Source of the DNA: Tissierellales bacterium | GTDB lineage: Bacteria; Bacillota; Clostridia; Tissierellales; JASKZW01 | DNA: 64,000 nucleotides | NCBI GenBank assembly: GCA_030152145.1 | Contig: JASLIL010000018.1 | Location: forward strand, 5,100 to 69,099 | Direction of reading: 5' to 3' | Shown here: in pieces, positions 18,414-28,758 of the stretch | Numbering within the stretch: the stretch's first letter is position 1 | How the letters are laid out: each line of letters begins with the position of its first letter | Made by a program: the position numbers and the translations under genes | Notes under the pieces: generated by a model | What the model was told of the DNA's origin: nothing | Databases searched by the model: none | The model's input: only the letters and a program-made list of their open reading frames with translations

Positions 18414-20291
18414 ATGTTTGATATAAAAAGTGAATTAAACAGGCTTCCAAAAGAGCCTGGTGTATATATAATGTTGGATGACCAGGATCAGGTTATATAT
18501 GTAGGTAAGGCTATTTCCTTAAGAAATAGAGTAAGACAGTATTTTCAGTCCTCTAAAAACCAACATCCGAAGGTCAGGGCTATGGTTAGTCATATAAAAA
18601 GATTTGAATATATTATAGTTGATAATGAAATAGAAGCACTTATCTTAGAAGCGAATTTAATAAAAAAGCATAAGCCCAAGTATAATATTCTTCTAAGGGA
18701 TGATAAGCAATATCCCTATATAAAGATAAGCTATGGGGAGAAGTTTCCTAGGGTTTTAAAAACCAGGAAGGTTTTAAAGGACAAGGCCAAGTATTTTGGA
18801 CCCTATCCCTCAGTTTATGCAGTTAATGATACTATAGAAATAATAAGAGATGAATATCCCATAAGAAACTGTAATCAGAAGCTGGACAAGGATGGGACTA
18901 TAAAAAGGCCCTGCCTAAACTTCCATATAAGAAAGTGTCTAGGCCCCTGCCAAGGATTTAAGTATCATGATCAATATATGGAAAAGATAAATGAAATAGA
19001 TCGCTTTCTTTCAGGCAAGGATGATAGGCTCTTAAAACTTATGGAAGAGAGAATGAATAAGGCCTCAGAAGCCTTGGACTTTGAGAAGGCTGCAGTCTAC
19101 AGAGATAAACTTAAATCTCTGGAAATAATGCTAGAAAAGCAAAAGATAGTTAATAGACAGGACATAGACCAGGATATAATTGGCATGGCCAGAGGTATAG
19201 AAGAGGTCTGCATACAGATATTTTTTGTTAGAAATGGAAAAATCTTAGGTAGGGAACACTTTATAATTGAAGATGTATTTGATACAGACAGGGAAGAGGT
19301 ACTGGAATCCTTTATAAAACAGTTCTATATAGGAACAGCCTATATACCAAGACAGATACTGATAGAAACAGAAATAAAGGAAAAGGAACTTATAGAGGAC
19401 TGGTTATCTGAGAAAAGACAGGGAAAGGTTGACCTACTAGTACCTCAGAGAGGTGAAAAAACTCAACTTATAGCCATGGTAAAAAACAATGCTCTAAATA
19501 TGCTAAAAAGACATGGGGAAAGCCTTCTTGATAAAAAAGATAGTGTAAAAGAAGGGCTGGAGGAGTTAGAAAAGCTCTTATCTCTAGAAAAGTCACCAAG
19601 GCGAATAGAAGCTTTTGATATATCCAATATTCAGGGAACAGACTCAGTAGGCTCTATGGTAGTCTTTGAAAATGGAAGGCCTAAAAAAAGTGACTATAGG
19701 AGATTTAAGATAAGAACAGTAGAGGGACCAGATGACTATAAGAGCATGGAAGAAGTCCTAAAAAGAAGGTTTATAAGAGGATTAGAGGAGAAGGACTATA
19801 TAGACAAAAAATCTATGGACCTAAAGGGTTTTTCTATATTTCCAGATCTTATTTTAATGGATGGAGGCAAGGGCCAGGTCAATGTAGCAAAATTAATCCT
19901 AGATTCCCTAGGTCTTGATATTCCAGTAGCAGGTCTGGTTAAGGATGATAGCCATACTACCAGGGGAATAATATATGAAAACAAGGAAATCAGTCTAGCT
20001 GATGACAGCCAAGGCTTTAAGCTTATCTATAGAATTCAGGAAGAGGCTCACAGGTTCGCCATATCCTTTCATAGAAGCCTTAGAAGCTCAAAGCTTTATA
20101 AGTCAGAACTTGATTATATATCTGGCGTGGGTCCAAAGAGAAAGGCTAATTTATTTAAGGAATTTAAGACCATTGATGGTATCAGAAAGGCCAGTGTAGA
20201 GGAACTTCAGGGGGTGGAAGGAATGAATAAGCCAACTGCAGAGAAAATTTACCATTATTTTAGAAAGGAAAATAAAGATGAAATCCATTAG
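18414..20291 (+). CDS. uvrC: excinuclease ABC subunit C
   Basis: GIY-YIG N-domain (GVYIMLD..VIYVGKA), a UVR domain, an endonuclease V-like domain and a C-terminal (HhH)2; 625 aa. Confidence 0.95.
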   Translation: MFDIKSELNRLPKEPGVYIMLDDQDQVIYVGKAISLRNRVRQYFQSSKNQHPKVRAMVSHIKRFEYIIVDNEIEALILEANLIKKHKPKYNILLRDDKQYPYIKISYGEKFPRVLKTRKVLKDKAKYFGPYPSVYAVNDTIEIIRDEYPIRNCNQKLDKDGTIKRPCLNFHIRKCLGPCQGFKYHDQYMEKINEIDRFLSGKDDRLLKLMEERMNKASEALDFEKAAVYRDKLKSLEIMLEKQKIVNRQDIDQDIIGMARGIEEVCIQIFFVRNGKILGREHFIIEDVFDTDREEVLESFIKQFYIGTAYIPRQILIETEIKEKELIEDWLSEKRQGKVDLLVPQRGEKTQLIAMVKNNALNMLKRHGESLLDKKDSVKEGLEELEKLLSLEKSPRRIEAFDISNIQGTDSVGSMVVFENGRPKKSDYRRFKIRTVEGPDDYKSMEEVLKRRFIRGLEEKDYIDKKSMDLKGFSIFPDLILMDGGKGQVNVAKLILDSLGLDIPVAGLVKDDSHTTRGIIYENKEISLADDSQGFKLIYRIQEEAHRFAISFHRSLRSSKLYKSELDYISGVGPKRKANLFKEFKTIDGIRKASVEELQGVEGMNKPTAEKIYHYFRKENKDEIH

Positions 20292-21219
20292 ATTGACTCA
20301 TATTATAGAAGATTTAGACCTAAGCCCCAGATATGAAAGTAGTGAGCTGGGGAAGGTGGAAATATCAGGCCAGGAAGTAAACAGACCTGGCCTTCAACTG
20401 GCTGGCTATTTCAATAGGTTTGCCTACGAGAGAATCCAGGTTATGGGAAATGTAGAGTGGTACTACTGTAAAAATCTATCAGAAGAAGACAGGTATAAGA
20501 GATTGGAGACCATGTTTAGTTATGATATTCCCTGCCTTATATTAACCAGGGACCTGCCATTTTTTGATGAAATGCTAAGCCTAAGTAAGAAGTACAATAG
20601 GAGCCTCCTATCTACCAATAAGACCACCACAAAATTTATATCAGATCTTTTAAACTATCTTAACTATGCCTTATCACCAGAAACAACAGTCCATGGTGTC
20701 CTAATAGAGGTCTATGGCTTGGGTGTTCTTATAATGGGACAGTCTGGTGTTGGAAAGTCAGAGACAGCCCTGGAGCTAATAAAAAGAGGTCATAGATTGG
20801 TGGCAGATGATGCTGTGGAAATTAAAAGAGTTGATGATAAGCTGGTAGGCCAATCTCCTAGCCTTATAAGACATTTTATGGAAATAAGAGGGATAGGTAT
20901 ATTAGACATAGAAAGACTTTATGGAGTGGGAGCTGTTAAAAAGTCAGAGGAAATAGAGCTTGTAATCCAGCTTGAAAACTGGGATGAGAAAAAAGAGTAT
21001 GATAGGGTTGGACTGGATGAAAACTATATGGATATATTGGGAATAAATGTTCCAAAGATTCTAACTCCTGTAAAGCCTGGCAGAAACTTAGCAATGATTG
21101 TAGAAGTAGCAGCTAGAAATACAAGGCAAAAGCGATTGGGCTACAATGCAGCAGAGGCTTTGAATGAAAGAATTAAGTCAGAAATTAGTTCTAGAAAAAA
21201 AAATTATAAAAATACTTAG
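20278..21219 (+). CDS. hprK: HPr kinase/phosphorylase
   Basis: Carries the P-loop GQSGVGKSE and the signature LVADD..IRGIGI. It is 313 aa and overlaps the uvrC stop. Confidence 0.9.
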   Translation: MKSIRLTHIIEDLDLSPRYESSELGKVEISGQEVNRPGLQLAGYFNRFAYERIQVMGNVEWYYCKNLSEEDRYKRLETMFSYDIPCLILTRDLPFFDEMLSLSKKYNRSLLSTNKTTTKFISDLLNYLNYALSPETTVHGVLIEVYGLGVLIMGQSGVGKSETALELIKRGHRLVADDAVEIKRVDDKLVGQSPSLIRHFMEIRGIGILDIERLYGVGAVKKSEEIELVIQLENWDEKKEYDRVGLDENYMDILGINVPKILTPVKPGRNLAMIVEVAARNTRQKRLGYNAAEALNERIKSEISSRKKNYKNT

Positions 21220-21283
21220 GGAATTAGTATGACAATCCCGCTATATCCCAGTATCCTAAGCTTGCTAGGACTTTTTACTATGG

Positions 21284-21312
21284 TTGACAATATGGCTTAT
21301 CTTTAATATACT
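21284..21312 (+). promoter_or_regulatory. sigma-A type promoter of the PFOR gene
   Basis: TTGACA (21284-21289), a 17-nt spacer, then TATACT (21307-21312). Confidence 0.6.
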
Positions 21313-21326
21313 TATTGTGATAGTGT

Positions 21327-21346
21327 TTGGTTAAGGAATTAACCAA
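21327..21346 (+). promoter_or_regulatory. 20-bp perfect palindrome, Rex-box-like operator candidate
   Basis: The sequence is TTGGTTAA-GGAA-TTAACCAA. The inner 18 nt match the clostridial Rex consensus TTGTTAA-N4-TTAACAA at 12 of 14 specified positions. It lies just downstream of the -10 element. Confidence 0.45.
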
Positions 21347-21419
21347 TTTATATAATCCCAAAGTATAAACAAATTATAAACAATGATTAATTTATAAAAG
21401 TTTTGAAGGAGGTCTATTA

Positions 21420-24400
21420 ATGGCTAAAGTTATGAAAACTATGGATGGTAACCAGGCAGCAGCTCACGTAGCATATGCATTTACAGACGTAGCAGCTATT
21501 TATCCTATTACACCATCATCAAACATGGCGGAGCATGTTGACGCATGGTCAGCTAATGGAATGAAAAACATATTCAACCAAGAGGTATTGGTTACAGAAA
21601 TGCAATCAGAAGCTGGAGCTGCAGGAGCAGTTCACGGTTCATTAACAGCAGGAGCTTTAACAACTACGTTTACAGCTTCACAAGGATTATTACTTATGAT
21701 TCCAAATATGTACAAAATGGCAGGGGAGTTGCTACCAGCAGTATTCCACGTATCAGCTAGAGCTCTAGCAGGACACGCATTAAGTATATTTGGTGACCAT
21801 CAAGACGTTATGGCAGCAAGACAAACAGGTTTTGCTTTACTTGCATCAGGCAGTGTACAAGAAACTATGGACCTAGCTGGAGTAGCTCACTTAGCAGCTA
21901 TAAAAGGAAGAGTTCCATTTATCCACTTCTTTGATGGATTTAGAACAAGCCATGAAATACAAAAAGTTGAGGTTATGGAATATGAAGACCTTGCTAAACT
22001 AGTTGACTACAAAGCAGTAGACGAATTTAGAAAGAAATCATTAAATCCAGAAAGACCTTATACAAAGGGTACAGCTCAAAACCCAGATATCTATTTCCAA
22101 GCAGTAGAATCAGCTAACCCATTCTATGAAAATATCGTAGAAGTAGTTAATGACTACATGAAGGAAATAAACAAGATTACAGGTAGAGAGTACAGACCAT
22201 TTAATTATTACGGACATCCAGAAGCAGACAGAGTTATTGTAGCTATGGGTTCAGTAACAGAAGCTATAGAAGAAACAGTAGATTACTTAAATGAAAGAGG
22301 AGAAAAAGTAGGGGTTGTAGAAGTACACCTATACAGACCATTCTCAGCTAAATACTTCTTTGATGTATTACCAGCGTCAGTTAAGAAAATCGCTGTATTA
22401 GATAGAACAAAAGAAAAAGGTGCAGTAGCAGAGCCACTACACTTAGATGTTATGAGCATGTTCTACAATAAAGAAGACAAGCCAGTTATCGTTGGTGGAA
22501 GATACGGACTAGGTTCAAAAGACACTACTCCAACTCATATCAAAGCAGTTTATGATAACCTAGCTAAATATGAACCAAAAGATAGATTCACTATTGGTAT
22601 TGAAGATGACGTAACTCATACTTCATTAGAAATAGGAGAAGAAATTAACGCAGCACCTGAAGGAACAATCAGATGTAAGTTCTGGGGATTCGGATCAGAC
22701 GGTACTGTAGGAGCTAACAAATCAGCTATCAAGATTATTGGTGATGATACTGACATGTACGCTCAAGGGTACTTTGCATATGACAGTAAAAAATCAGGTG
22801 GAGTAACTATCTCTCACTTAAGATTTGGTCATGAGCCAATAAAATCAACTTACCTAATAAATGAAGCTGACTTTATCTCATGTTCAAAACAATCATATGT
22901 ACACAGCTATGACCTATTAAGAGGTCTAGTTAAAGGCGGTAAGTTCCTATTAAACACTAACTGGTCAGTAGAAGAGTTAGAAGAAAACCTACCAGCAGAA
23001 ATGAAGAGATATTTAGCAAACAACAACATTGACTTCTACACTATAGATGCTACTAAGATAGCTCAAGAAATTGGACTAGGTGGAAGAACTAACATGATTA
23101 TGCAATCAGCATTCTTCAAGTTAGCAAATGTTATTGATATAGATGAAGCTATAGAGCACTTAAAAGCAGCTATCGTAAGAGATTATGGTAGAAAAGGTGA
23201 CCATATAGTAGAAATGAACTACAAGGCTGTAGAACAAGGTATTGACGCACTTAACAAAATCGAAGTTCCAGCTGAGTGGGCAAATGCAAAAGATGAAGTT
23301 GTAGCAGAAGAAAACACAGAAATGCCAGACTTTATCAGAGATGTTGTTATACCAATGAACAGACAAGAAGGAGACGACCTTCCAGTGAGTACATTTGTTG
23401 GAAAAGAAGACGGTGTATTCCCACATGGAACAACTGCTTATGAGAAACGTGGTATTGCAGTAGAAGTTCCACAATGGAAGATGGAAAACTGTATCCAATG
23501 TAACCAATGTTCATTAGTATGTCCTCATGCAGTTATTAGACCATTCTTAGTAAGCGAAGAGGAAAAAGCAAATGCTCCAGAAAACTTTGAAACTAAGAAG
23601 GCTATGGGTAAAGGTATGGAAGATGTAGAATTCCGTATCCAAATATCACCATTAGACTGTACAGGATGTGGAAACTGTGCTGATGTTTGTCCTGCTAAGG
23701 AAAAAGCATTAGTAATGGTACCATTAGAAGAAGAATATGAAGTACAAGCTGAAAACTGGAAATATGCTATTGAAAATGTATCAGTTAAGGCTGACAGAAT
23801 GTCAGATACTACATTAAAAGGCAGCCAATTCAAGCAACCATTACTTCAATTCTCAGGAGCTTGTGCTGGATGTGGAGAAACTCCATATGCTAAATTAGTA
23901 ACTCAATTATTCGGAGATAGAATGATCGTTGCTAACGCTACAGGATGTTCATCAATCTGGGGAGGAAGTGCGCCTTCAACTCCATACTGCAAGAACGAAT
24001 GTGGACAAGGACCAGCTTGGGCTAACTCATTATTTGAAGATAACGCTGAATACGGATACGGTATGGCAGTAGCTATCAGACAAATAAGAGAAAAAATTGA
24101 ATTATTCATGAACGAATTTATAGAATTAAATATAGATGAAGAAGCAAATGAAGCATTCAAAAACTGGATTGAAAACCAAGATGACGCAGACAAGTCAAAA
24201 GAAGCTGCTGCTCATGTATTAGTTCAATTAGCTAAGGAATATGAATGTGAAAGAGCTAGAGAATTAGTAGCAGAAATCAAGGACCTAGAAGACTATTTAG
24301 TTAAGAAATCAGTATGGATCTTTGGTGGAGACGGTTGGGCATATGACATTGGATTCGGAGGACTAGACCATGTTCTAGCTTCAGGAAAAGATGTTAACGT

Positions 24401-24959
24401 ACTAGTATTTGATACAGAAGTTTACTCAAACACTGGTGGACAATCATCTAAGTCAACTCCAAGAGCTGCTGTAGCTAAATTTGCTGCTTCAGGTAAGAGA
24501 ATGACTAAGAAAGACCTTGGTATGATTGCTGCAACTTACGGATATGTATATGTTGCACAAGTAGCTATGGGTGCTAACATGAACCAATTAATTAAGGCAC
24601 TTAAAGAAGCTGAATCATATGATGGACCATCATTAGTTATAGCTTACGCTCCATGTATATCACATGGTATTAAATCAGGAATGGGTACAAGTATCAAACA
24701 AGAGAAATTTGCTGTTGAAACAGGATACTGGCACTTATACAGATTTGACCCTAGATTAAAAGACGAAGGTAAGAATCCGTTTGTACTAGACTCAAAAGAG
24801 CCTACTAAACCATTCAGAGAGTTCTTAGACTCAGAAGTAAGATATACTTCACTACAACGTTCATTCCCAGAAGAAGCTGAAGAGTTATTTAAGGCAGCTG
24901 AGGAAGACGCTAAAGCAAGATACGATAAATACAAGAGAATGGCAGAGCAAGAATTTTAA
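21420..24959 (+). CDS. nifJ: pyruvate:ferredoxin (flavodoxin) oxidoreductase
   Basis: 1179-aa single-chain PFOR with two 4Fe-4S ferredoxin motifs (CIQCNQCSLVCPH, CTGCGNCADVCP) and the TPP domain GGDGWAYDIGFGGLDH. Its codon usage is the high-expression type. Confidence 0.95.
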   Translation: MAKVMKTMDGNQAAAHVAYAFTDVAAIYPITPSSNMAEHVDAWSANGMKNIFNQEVLVTEMQSEAGAAGAVHGSLTAGALTTTFTASQGLLLMIPNMYKMAGELLPAVFHVSARALAGHALSIFGDHQDVMAARQTGFALLASGSVQETMDLAGVAHLAAIKGRVPFIHFFDGFRTSHEIQKVEVMEYEDLAKLVDYKAVDEFRKKSLNPERPYTKGTAQNPDIYFQAVESANPFYENIVEVVNDYMKEINKITGREYRPFNYYGHPEADRVIVAMGSVTEAIEETVDYLNERGEKVGVVEVHLYRPFSAKYFFDVLPASVKKIAVLDRTKEKGAVAEPLHLDVMSMFYNKEDKPVIVGGRYGLGSKDTTPTHIKAVYDNLAKYEPKDRFTIGIEDDVTHTSLEIGEEINAAPEGTIRCKFWGFGSDGTVGANKSAIKIIGDDTDMYAQGYFAYDSKKSGGVTISHLRFGHEPIKSTYLINEADFISCSKQSYVHSYDLLRGLVKGGKFLLNTNWSVEELEENLPAEMKRYLANNNIDFYTIDATKIAQEIGLGGRTNMIMQSAFFKLANVIDIDEAIEHLKAAIVRDYGRKGDHIVEMNYKAVEQGIDALNKIEVPAEWANAKDEVVAEENTEMPDFIRDVVIPMNRQEGDDLPVSTFVGKEDGVFPHGTTAYEKRGIAVEVPQWKMENCIQCNQCSLVCPHAVIRPFLVSEEEKANAPENFETKKAMGKGMEDVEFRIQISPLDCTGCGNCADVCPAKEKALVMVPLEEEYEVQAENWKYAIENVSVKADRMSDTTLKGSQFKQPLLQFSGACAGCGETPYAKLVTQLFGDRMIVANATGCSSIWGGSAPSTPYCKNECGQGPAWANSLFEDNAEYGYGMAVAIRQIREKIELFMNEFIELNIDEEANEAFKNWIENQDDADKSKEAAAHVLVQLAKEYECERARELVAEIKDLEDYLVKKSVWIFGGDGWAYDIGFGGLDHVLASGKDVNVLVFDTEVYSNTGGQSSKSTPRAAVAKFAASGKRMTKKDLGMIAATYGYVYVAQVAMGANMNQLIKALKEAESYDGPSLVIAYAPCISHGIKSGMGTSIKQEKFAVETGYWHLYRFDPRLKDEGKNPFVLDSKEPTKPFREFLDSEVRYTSLQRSFPEEAEELFKAAEEDAKARYDKYKRMAEQEF

Positions 24960-24980
24960 TCTAGCCTAACTATAAAGAAA

Positions 24981-25005
24981 AAGGGATGCCTAGCATCCCT
25001 TTTTT
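24981..25005 (+). terminator. rho-independent terminator
   Basis: AAGGGATGC-cta-GCATCCCTT followed by TTTT. Confidence 0.9.
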
Positions 25006-25090
25006 ATATTCTCTGACTTTTATATATCTAATTTTTTTGATATTATGTATATAAAAGTAGGAGAATAATAAGGACACAGGAGAGGAATAT

Positions 25091-25990
25091 ATGAATATAA
25101 AAGAAATTTTTGGAGATAGAAGTTTTGGACAGATGCTATATAGGGAAGCTATGAAAAACCACACCAGCTTTAAAATAGGAGGTCCTGCAGACCTTGTAAT
25201 AGTTACTGAGACAGAAGAGGATATAGTGGAGGCTCTTAGCTTCTGTAGAGAAAACGAGCTGGACTATTTTATAATGGGCAATGGATCCAATCTTCTAGTT
25301 AGGGATCAGGGTCTTAAAAAGGTAGTTATAAAGGTAGCCAAGGGTTTTGATAAAATATTTGTAGAGGGTAATATAGTAAGGGTTCAGGCTGGAGCTCTTT
25401 TATCAACTATAGCAAAAACTGCCCTAAAAAACTCCCTGGCAGGTTTTGAGTTTGCCAGTGGAATACCAGGTACAGCAGGAGGAGCCATGACTATGAATGC
25501 AGGTGCCTATGGTGGAGAGATGAAGGATATAGTAAAGAGAGTTAAGGTAGTCGATCAAGATGGTAAGATAAAATATATAGAAAACAAGGACATGGATTTT
25601 AGATATAGGGGCAGTAAGGTTGTAGACCAAGGCCTAGTAGTCCTAGAGGTGGAATTTCAGCTGGAGGAAGGAAGCTATGATGAGATAAAGAAAAACCTAG
25701 ATGAGCTTACAGAGAAGAGAACCTCAAAGCAACCTCTAGAATATCCAAGTGGAGGTAGTACATTTAAGAGACCAGAAGGTTACTTTGCAGGTAAGCTTAT
25801 AGATGATTCAGGACTTAGGGGCTTGAGATATGGAGATGCTCAGGTTTCAGAAAAGCACTGTGGGTTTATAATAAACAGGGGAGAAAGTAACTATAAAGAG
25901 GTAAGTCAGCTGATAGATACTGTAAGAAAGGTAGTTAAGGATAAGTTTGGTGTAGATTTAGAAACGGAAATTAAAATTATAGGAGACTGA
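25091..25990 (+). CDS. murB: UDP-N-acetylenolpyruvoylglucosamine reductase
   Basis: FAD-binding PCMH domain (GGPADL, GNGSNLL), a C-terminal MurB domain, and the conserved GSTFKRP motif. Confidence 0.9.
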   Translation: MNIKEIFGDRSFGQMLYREAMKNHTSFKIGGPADLVIVTETEEDIVEALSFCRENELDYFIMGNGSNLLVRDQGLKKVVIKVAKGFDKIFVEGNIVRVQAGALLSTIAKTALKNSLAGFEFASGIPGTAGGAMTMNAGAYGGEMKDIVKRVKVVDQDGKIKYIENKDMDFRYRGSKVVDQGLVVLEVEFQLEEGSYDEIKKNLDELTEKRTSKQPLEYPSGGSTFKRPEGYFAGKLIDDSGLRGLRYGDAQVSEKHCGFIINRGESNYKEVSQLIDTVRKVVKDKFGVDLETEIKIIGD

Positions 25991-25994
25991 TAGG

Positions 25995-26723
25995 ATGAAG
26001 ATCATAGGTGATTACCATACCCACACAGTTTACAGCCATGGCTTAGGAACTATAAGGGAGAATGTTGAAGAGGCCTATAGGAAGGGTCTTAAGACTATAG
26101 CCATAACAGATCATGGCCCAGGCCATAAATTTTATGGTATAAAGAAATCAAAACTAGACCAAATGAAAAAAGAGATAGAGGACTTGAGAATAGAATATCC
26201 TGACATGGAAATCCTACTGGGTATGGAGGCCAATGTTATGGATTTTGAGGGCAGGGTGGATGTAGATCAAGAAATTCTTTCCAAGTTAGACTTTTTAATA
26301 GTGGGCTATCACTACGGAACCTTCCCAAGGGGACTTAAGAATAAATTTTGGTTTTATGTAATCAACCCTCTATCTAAGCACTTGAAGTTTTTAGAGAAGA
26401 GGCAGATAGAAAGAAATACCAGGGCTCTTATAAGGGCTATGGATAGGTACCCAATAAAGTTTATAAGCCACCCAGGATCCAAGGCTAGATTAGACATAGA
26501 GCTACTGGGAAGAGAGGCTAGCCTTAGAGATGTATGTCTTGAAATAAACTCAAGTCATAGTGAACTTTCAGAGGAGGCCATAAGGAAAGCTATGAAAACC
26601 CATGTGAAGTTCATAGTTAACAGTGATGCCCATAAACCAGAAAGGGTAGGAGATTGTGACAGGGGACTTTTAAGAGCAAGTAAGGCAGGCCTTGAAGTGG
26701 AAAGGATAATTAATGCTATCTAA
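25995..26723 (+). CDS. PHP-domain phosphoesterase (histidinol-phosphatase-like)
   Basis: It has the N-terminal DYHTHT motif, then ITDHG and later SDAH, which are PHP metal-binding His/Asp clusters. Confidence 0.7.
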   Translation: MKIIGDYHTHTVYSHGLGTIRENVEEAYRKGLKTIAITDHGPGHKFYGIKKSKLDQMKKEIEDLRIEYPDMEILLGMEANVMDFEGRVDVDQEILSKLDFLIVGYHYGTFPRGLKNKFWFYVINPLSKHLKFLEKRQIERNTRALIRAMDRYPIKFISHPGSKARLDIELLGREASLRDVCLEINSSHSELSEEAIRKAMKTHVKFIVNSDAHKPERVGDCDRGLLRASKAGLEVERIINAI

Positions 26724-26738
26724 TAGGAGGTAGAGAAA

Positions 26739-27605
26739 TTGGAATTTATAATAGTTACAGGAGTATCGGGAGCAGGTAAAAGTCAAGCTGTAAAAGCCCT
26801 AGAAGACATAGGATACTACTGTATGGATAACTTACCGCCAGCACTTTTAATAAATTTTGCAGAACTTTGCTATAGTTCAAATATGGACATAGACAAGGTT
26901 GCCCTAGTAGCTGATACGAGAGGAGGAGCTTTTTTTAAAGATTTCTTTAAGGGGCTAAAGGCTTTGGAAGAGAAGGGATTTAAATATAAGGTACTTTTCC
27001 TAGATGCTAGTGATAAGGAGCTTATAAAGAGATATAAGGAACACAGAAGACCTCATCCTATGTCTATGGAGGCTAGAATAGTTGATGGAATAGCTAAGGA
27101 AAGAGAACTTCTAGAAGATGTTAGAGATCAGGCAGACTATATAATAGATACAACAGATATAAATATACATGAACTGAAGGCAGAGATATATAATATATTC
27201 TTAAATGAACAGGATGATAAAAATATAGCCATATCCCTAGTGTCCTTTGGCTTTAAGTATGGGGTCCTTCTAGATGGAGATTTAATATTTGATGTAAGAT
27301 TTCTACCTAACCCCTATTATATAGAAGACCTGAGACCCTTGACTGGAAAGGATAGGCAGATCAAGGAGTATGTTTTAGGATTTGAAGATACTCATCAGTT
27401 TTTAAATAAGTTAATGGACATCTTAAAGTTTCTAATTCCCCTTTATGAGAAGGAGGGCAAGAGTCAATTGGTTATAGGAATAGGTTGTACAGGTGGTAAA
27501 CATAGATCGGTAGCTATAACAGAGGCTCTTAAGGACAGGTTAAATGAAATAGGATACAATCCTCTTGTAAATCATAGGGAAGAGAAAAGATACTGGGAAT
27601 CGTAA
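26739..27605 (+). CDS. rapZ: RNase adapter / nucleotide-binding protein RapZ (YvcJ family)
   Basis: P-loop GVSGAGKS, then FLDASD, and a C-terminal GCTGGKHRSV motif. The start is TTG. Confidence 0.9.
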   Translation: MEFIIVTGVSGAGKSQAVKALEDIGYYCMDNLPPALLINFAELCYSSNMDIDKVALVADTRGGAFFKDFFKGLKALEEKGFKYKVLFLDASDKELIKRYKEHRRPHPMSMEARIVDGIAKERELLEDVRDQADYIIDTTDINIHELKAEIYNIFLNEQDDKNIAISLVSFGFKYGVLLDGDLIFDVRFLPNPYYIEDLRPLTGKDRQIKEYVLGFEDTHQFLNKLMDILKFLIPLYEKEGKSQLVIGIGCTGGKHRSVAITEALKDRLNEIGYNPLVNHREEKRYWES

Positions 27606-27621
27606 TAGAAAGGAAATAGAT

Positions 27622-28620
27622 ATGTCAAATGAAAAGGAATTACTAAAGGCAGCAAAAATAGTAGTTATAGGTGGAGGTACAGGCCTATCTGTACTTTTAA
27701 GAGGTTTGAAAAAGTACACAAGTAATATTACAGCCATAGTGACTGTAGCTGATGATGGTGGAGGCTCAGGAGTTCTGAGAGAAGACCTAGGAATGCTGCC
27801 ACCAGGAGACATAAGGTCCTGTATACTAGCCTTGGCAAATACAGAACCAACCATGGAAAAGCTTTTACAATTCAGGTTTGAGGATGGTAGTCTTAAAGGT
27901 CAGAGTTTTGGAAACCTATTTTTAGCAGCCATGAATGAAATCTATGGCAGCTTTGAAATGGCTATTAAGGAGACTTCAAATGTATTGGCCGTAACTGGAA
28001 AAGTTCTTCCTATGACCTTGGAAAATGTTGTATTAAATGCGGAGTTGGAAAATGGAAGTTTGGTAGCCGGTGAAAGTAGAATTCCAGAGATAGCCCTGGA
28101 AGAAGGATCAGCCATAAAAAGAGTATTTCTAGAGCCAGAAAACTTAAGTCCTCTTGAGGAGGCAGTGGATTCAATTAGAAGGGCAGATCTAATAGTTTTA
28201 GGTCCAGGCAGCCTCTACACCTCTATTATTCCCAATCTCTTAGTGGATAGTATAGTTGATGAAATCTACAAGTCAAGAGGAAAAACAGTCTATATAGCCA
28301 ATGTAATGACTCAACCAGGAGAAACAGATGGTTACACAGTTTATGACCATACCAAGGCCGTTCTAAACCATACTAGGGAGGATCTACTAGACTATGTAAT
28401 AGCTAATATAGAGCCATCGCCAGAAGCAGCCTTAAAAAGATATTATTCTGATGGTGCAAAGCTGGTAGAAACCAATGGCTGTGAAGAAAAACTAAAAGAC
28501 TTGGGCATAAAACTGCTTAAAAATGACTTAATAGAGGTAAAGAAAGACTATATAAGACATGACTCAGACCTTTTAAGCCAAATGTTAATAGAACTAGCAG
28601 AAGAAAATAGAAGAAAGTAA
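27622..28620 (+). CDS. yvcK: YvcK/CofD-like gluconeogenesis factor (UPF0052)
   Basis: GGGTGLSVLLRGLK, VTVADDGGGSG and GPGSLYTSI motifs. It sits in the conserved position after rapZ. Confidence 0.85.
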   Translation: MSNEKELLKAAKIVVIGGGTGLSVLLRGLKKYTSNITAIVTVADDGGGSGVLREDLGMLPPGDIRSCILALANTEPTMEKLLQFRFEDGSLKGQSFGNLFLAAMNEIYGSFEMAIKETSNVLAVTGKVLPMTLENVVLNAELENGSLVAGESRIPEIALEEGSAIKRVFLEPENLSPLEEAVDSIRRADLIVLGPGSLYTSIIPNLLVDSIVDEIYKSRGKTVYIANVMTQPGETDGYTVYDHTKAVLNHTREDLLDYVIANIEPSPEAALKRYYSDGAKLVETNGCEEKLKDLGIKLLKNDLIEVKKDYIRHDSDLLSQMLIELAEENRRK

Positions 28621-28624
28621 GTAT

Positions 28625-28668
28625 AGGACCATTTTTATGATTTTTAAATTATAGAAGTGGTCCTTTTT
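28625..28668 (+). terminator. stem-loop plus T tract after yvcK
   Basis: AGGACCA...TGGTCCT (7 bp with a large loop) followed by TTTTT. Confidence 0.5.
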
Positions 28669-28758
28669 ATAATCCATTTAGGCTAGAAGATCTATAGGAG
28701 TAAAAAATATAGGCTTCATGTGATAAAATAAAAGTAGAATAATAATAGAGGTGGTTTT

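Noticed and set aside
20002-20199. Same-strand 65-aa ORF inside uvrC, and the 65-aa ORF at 45562-45759 spanning the rex 3' end and its terminator.
   Set aside because: These are out-of-frame overlaps with confidently called genes. The second runs through a 13-bp terminator hairpin. Neither shows any start signal.
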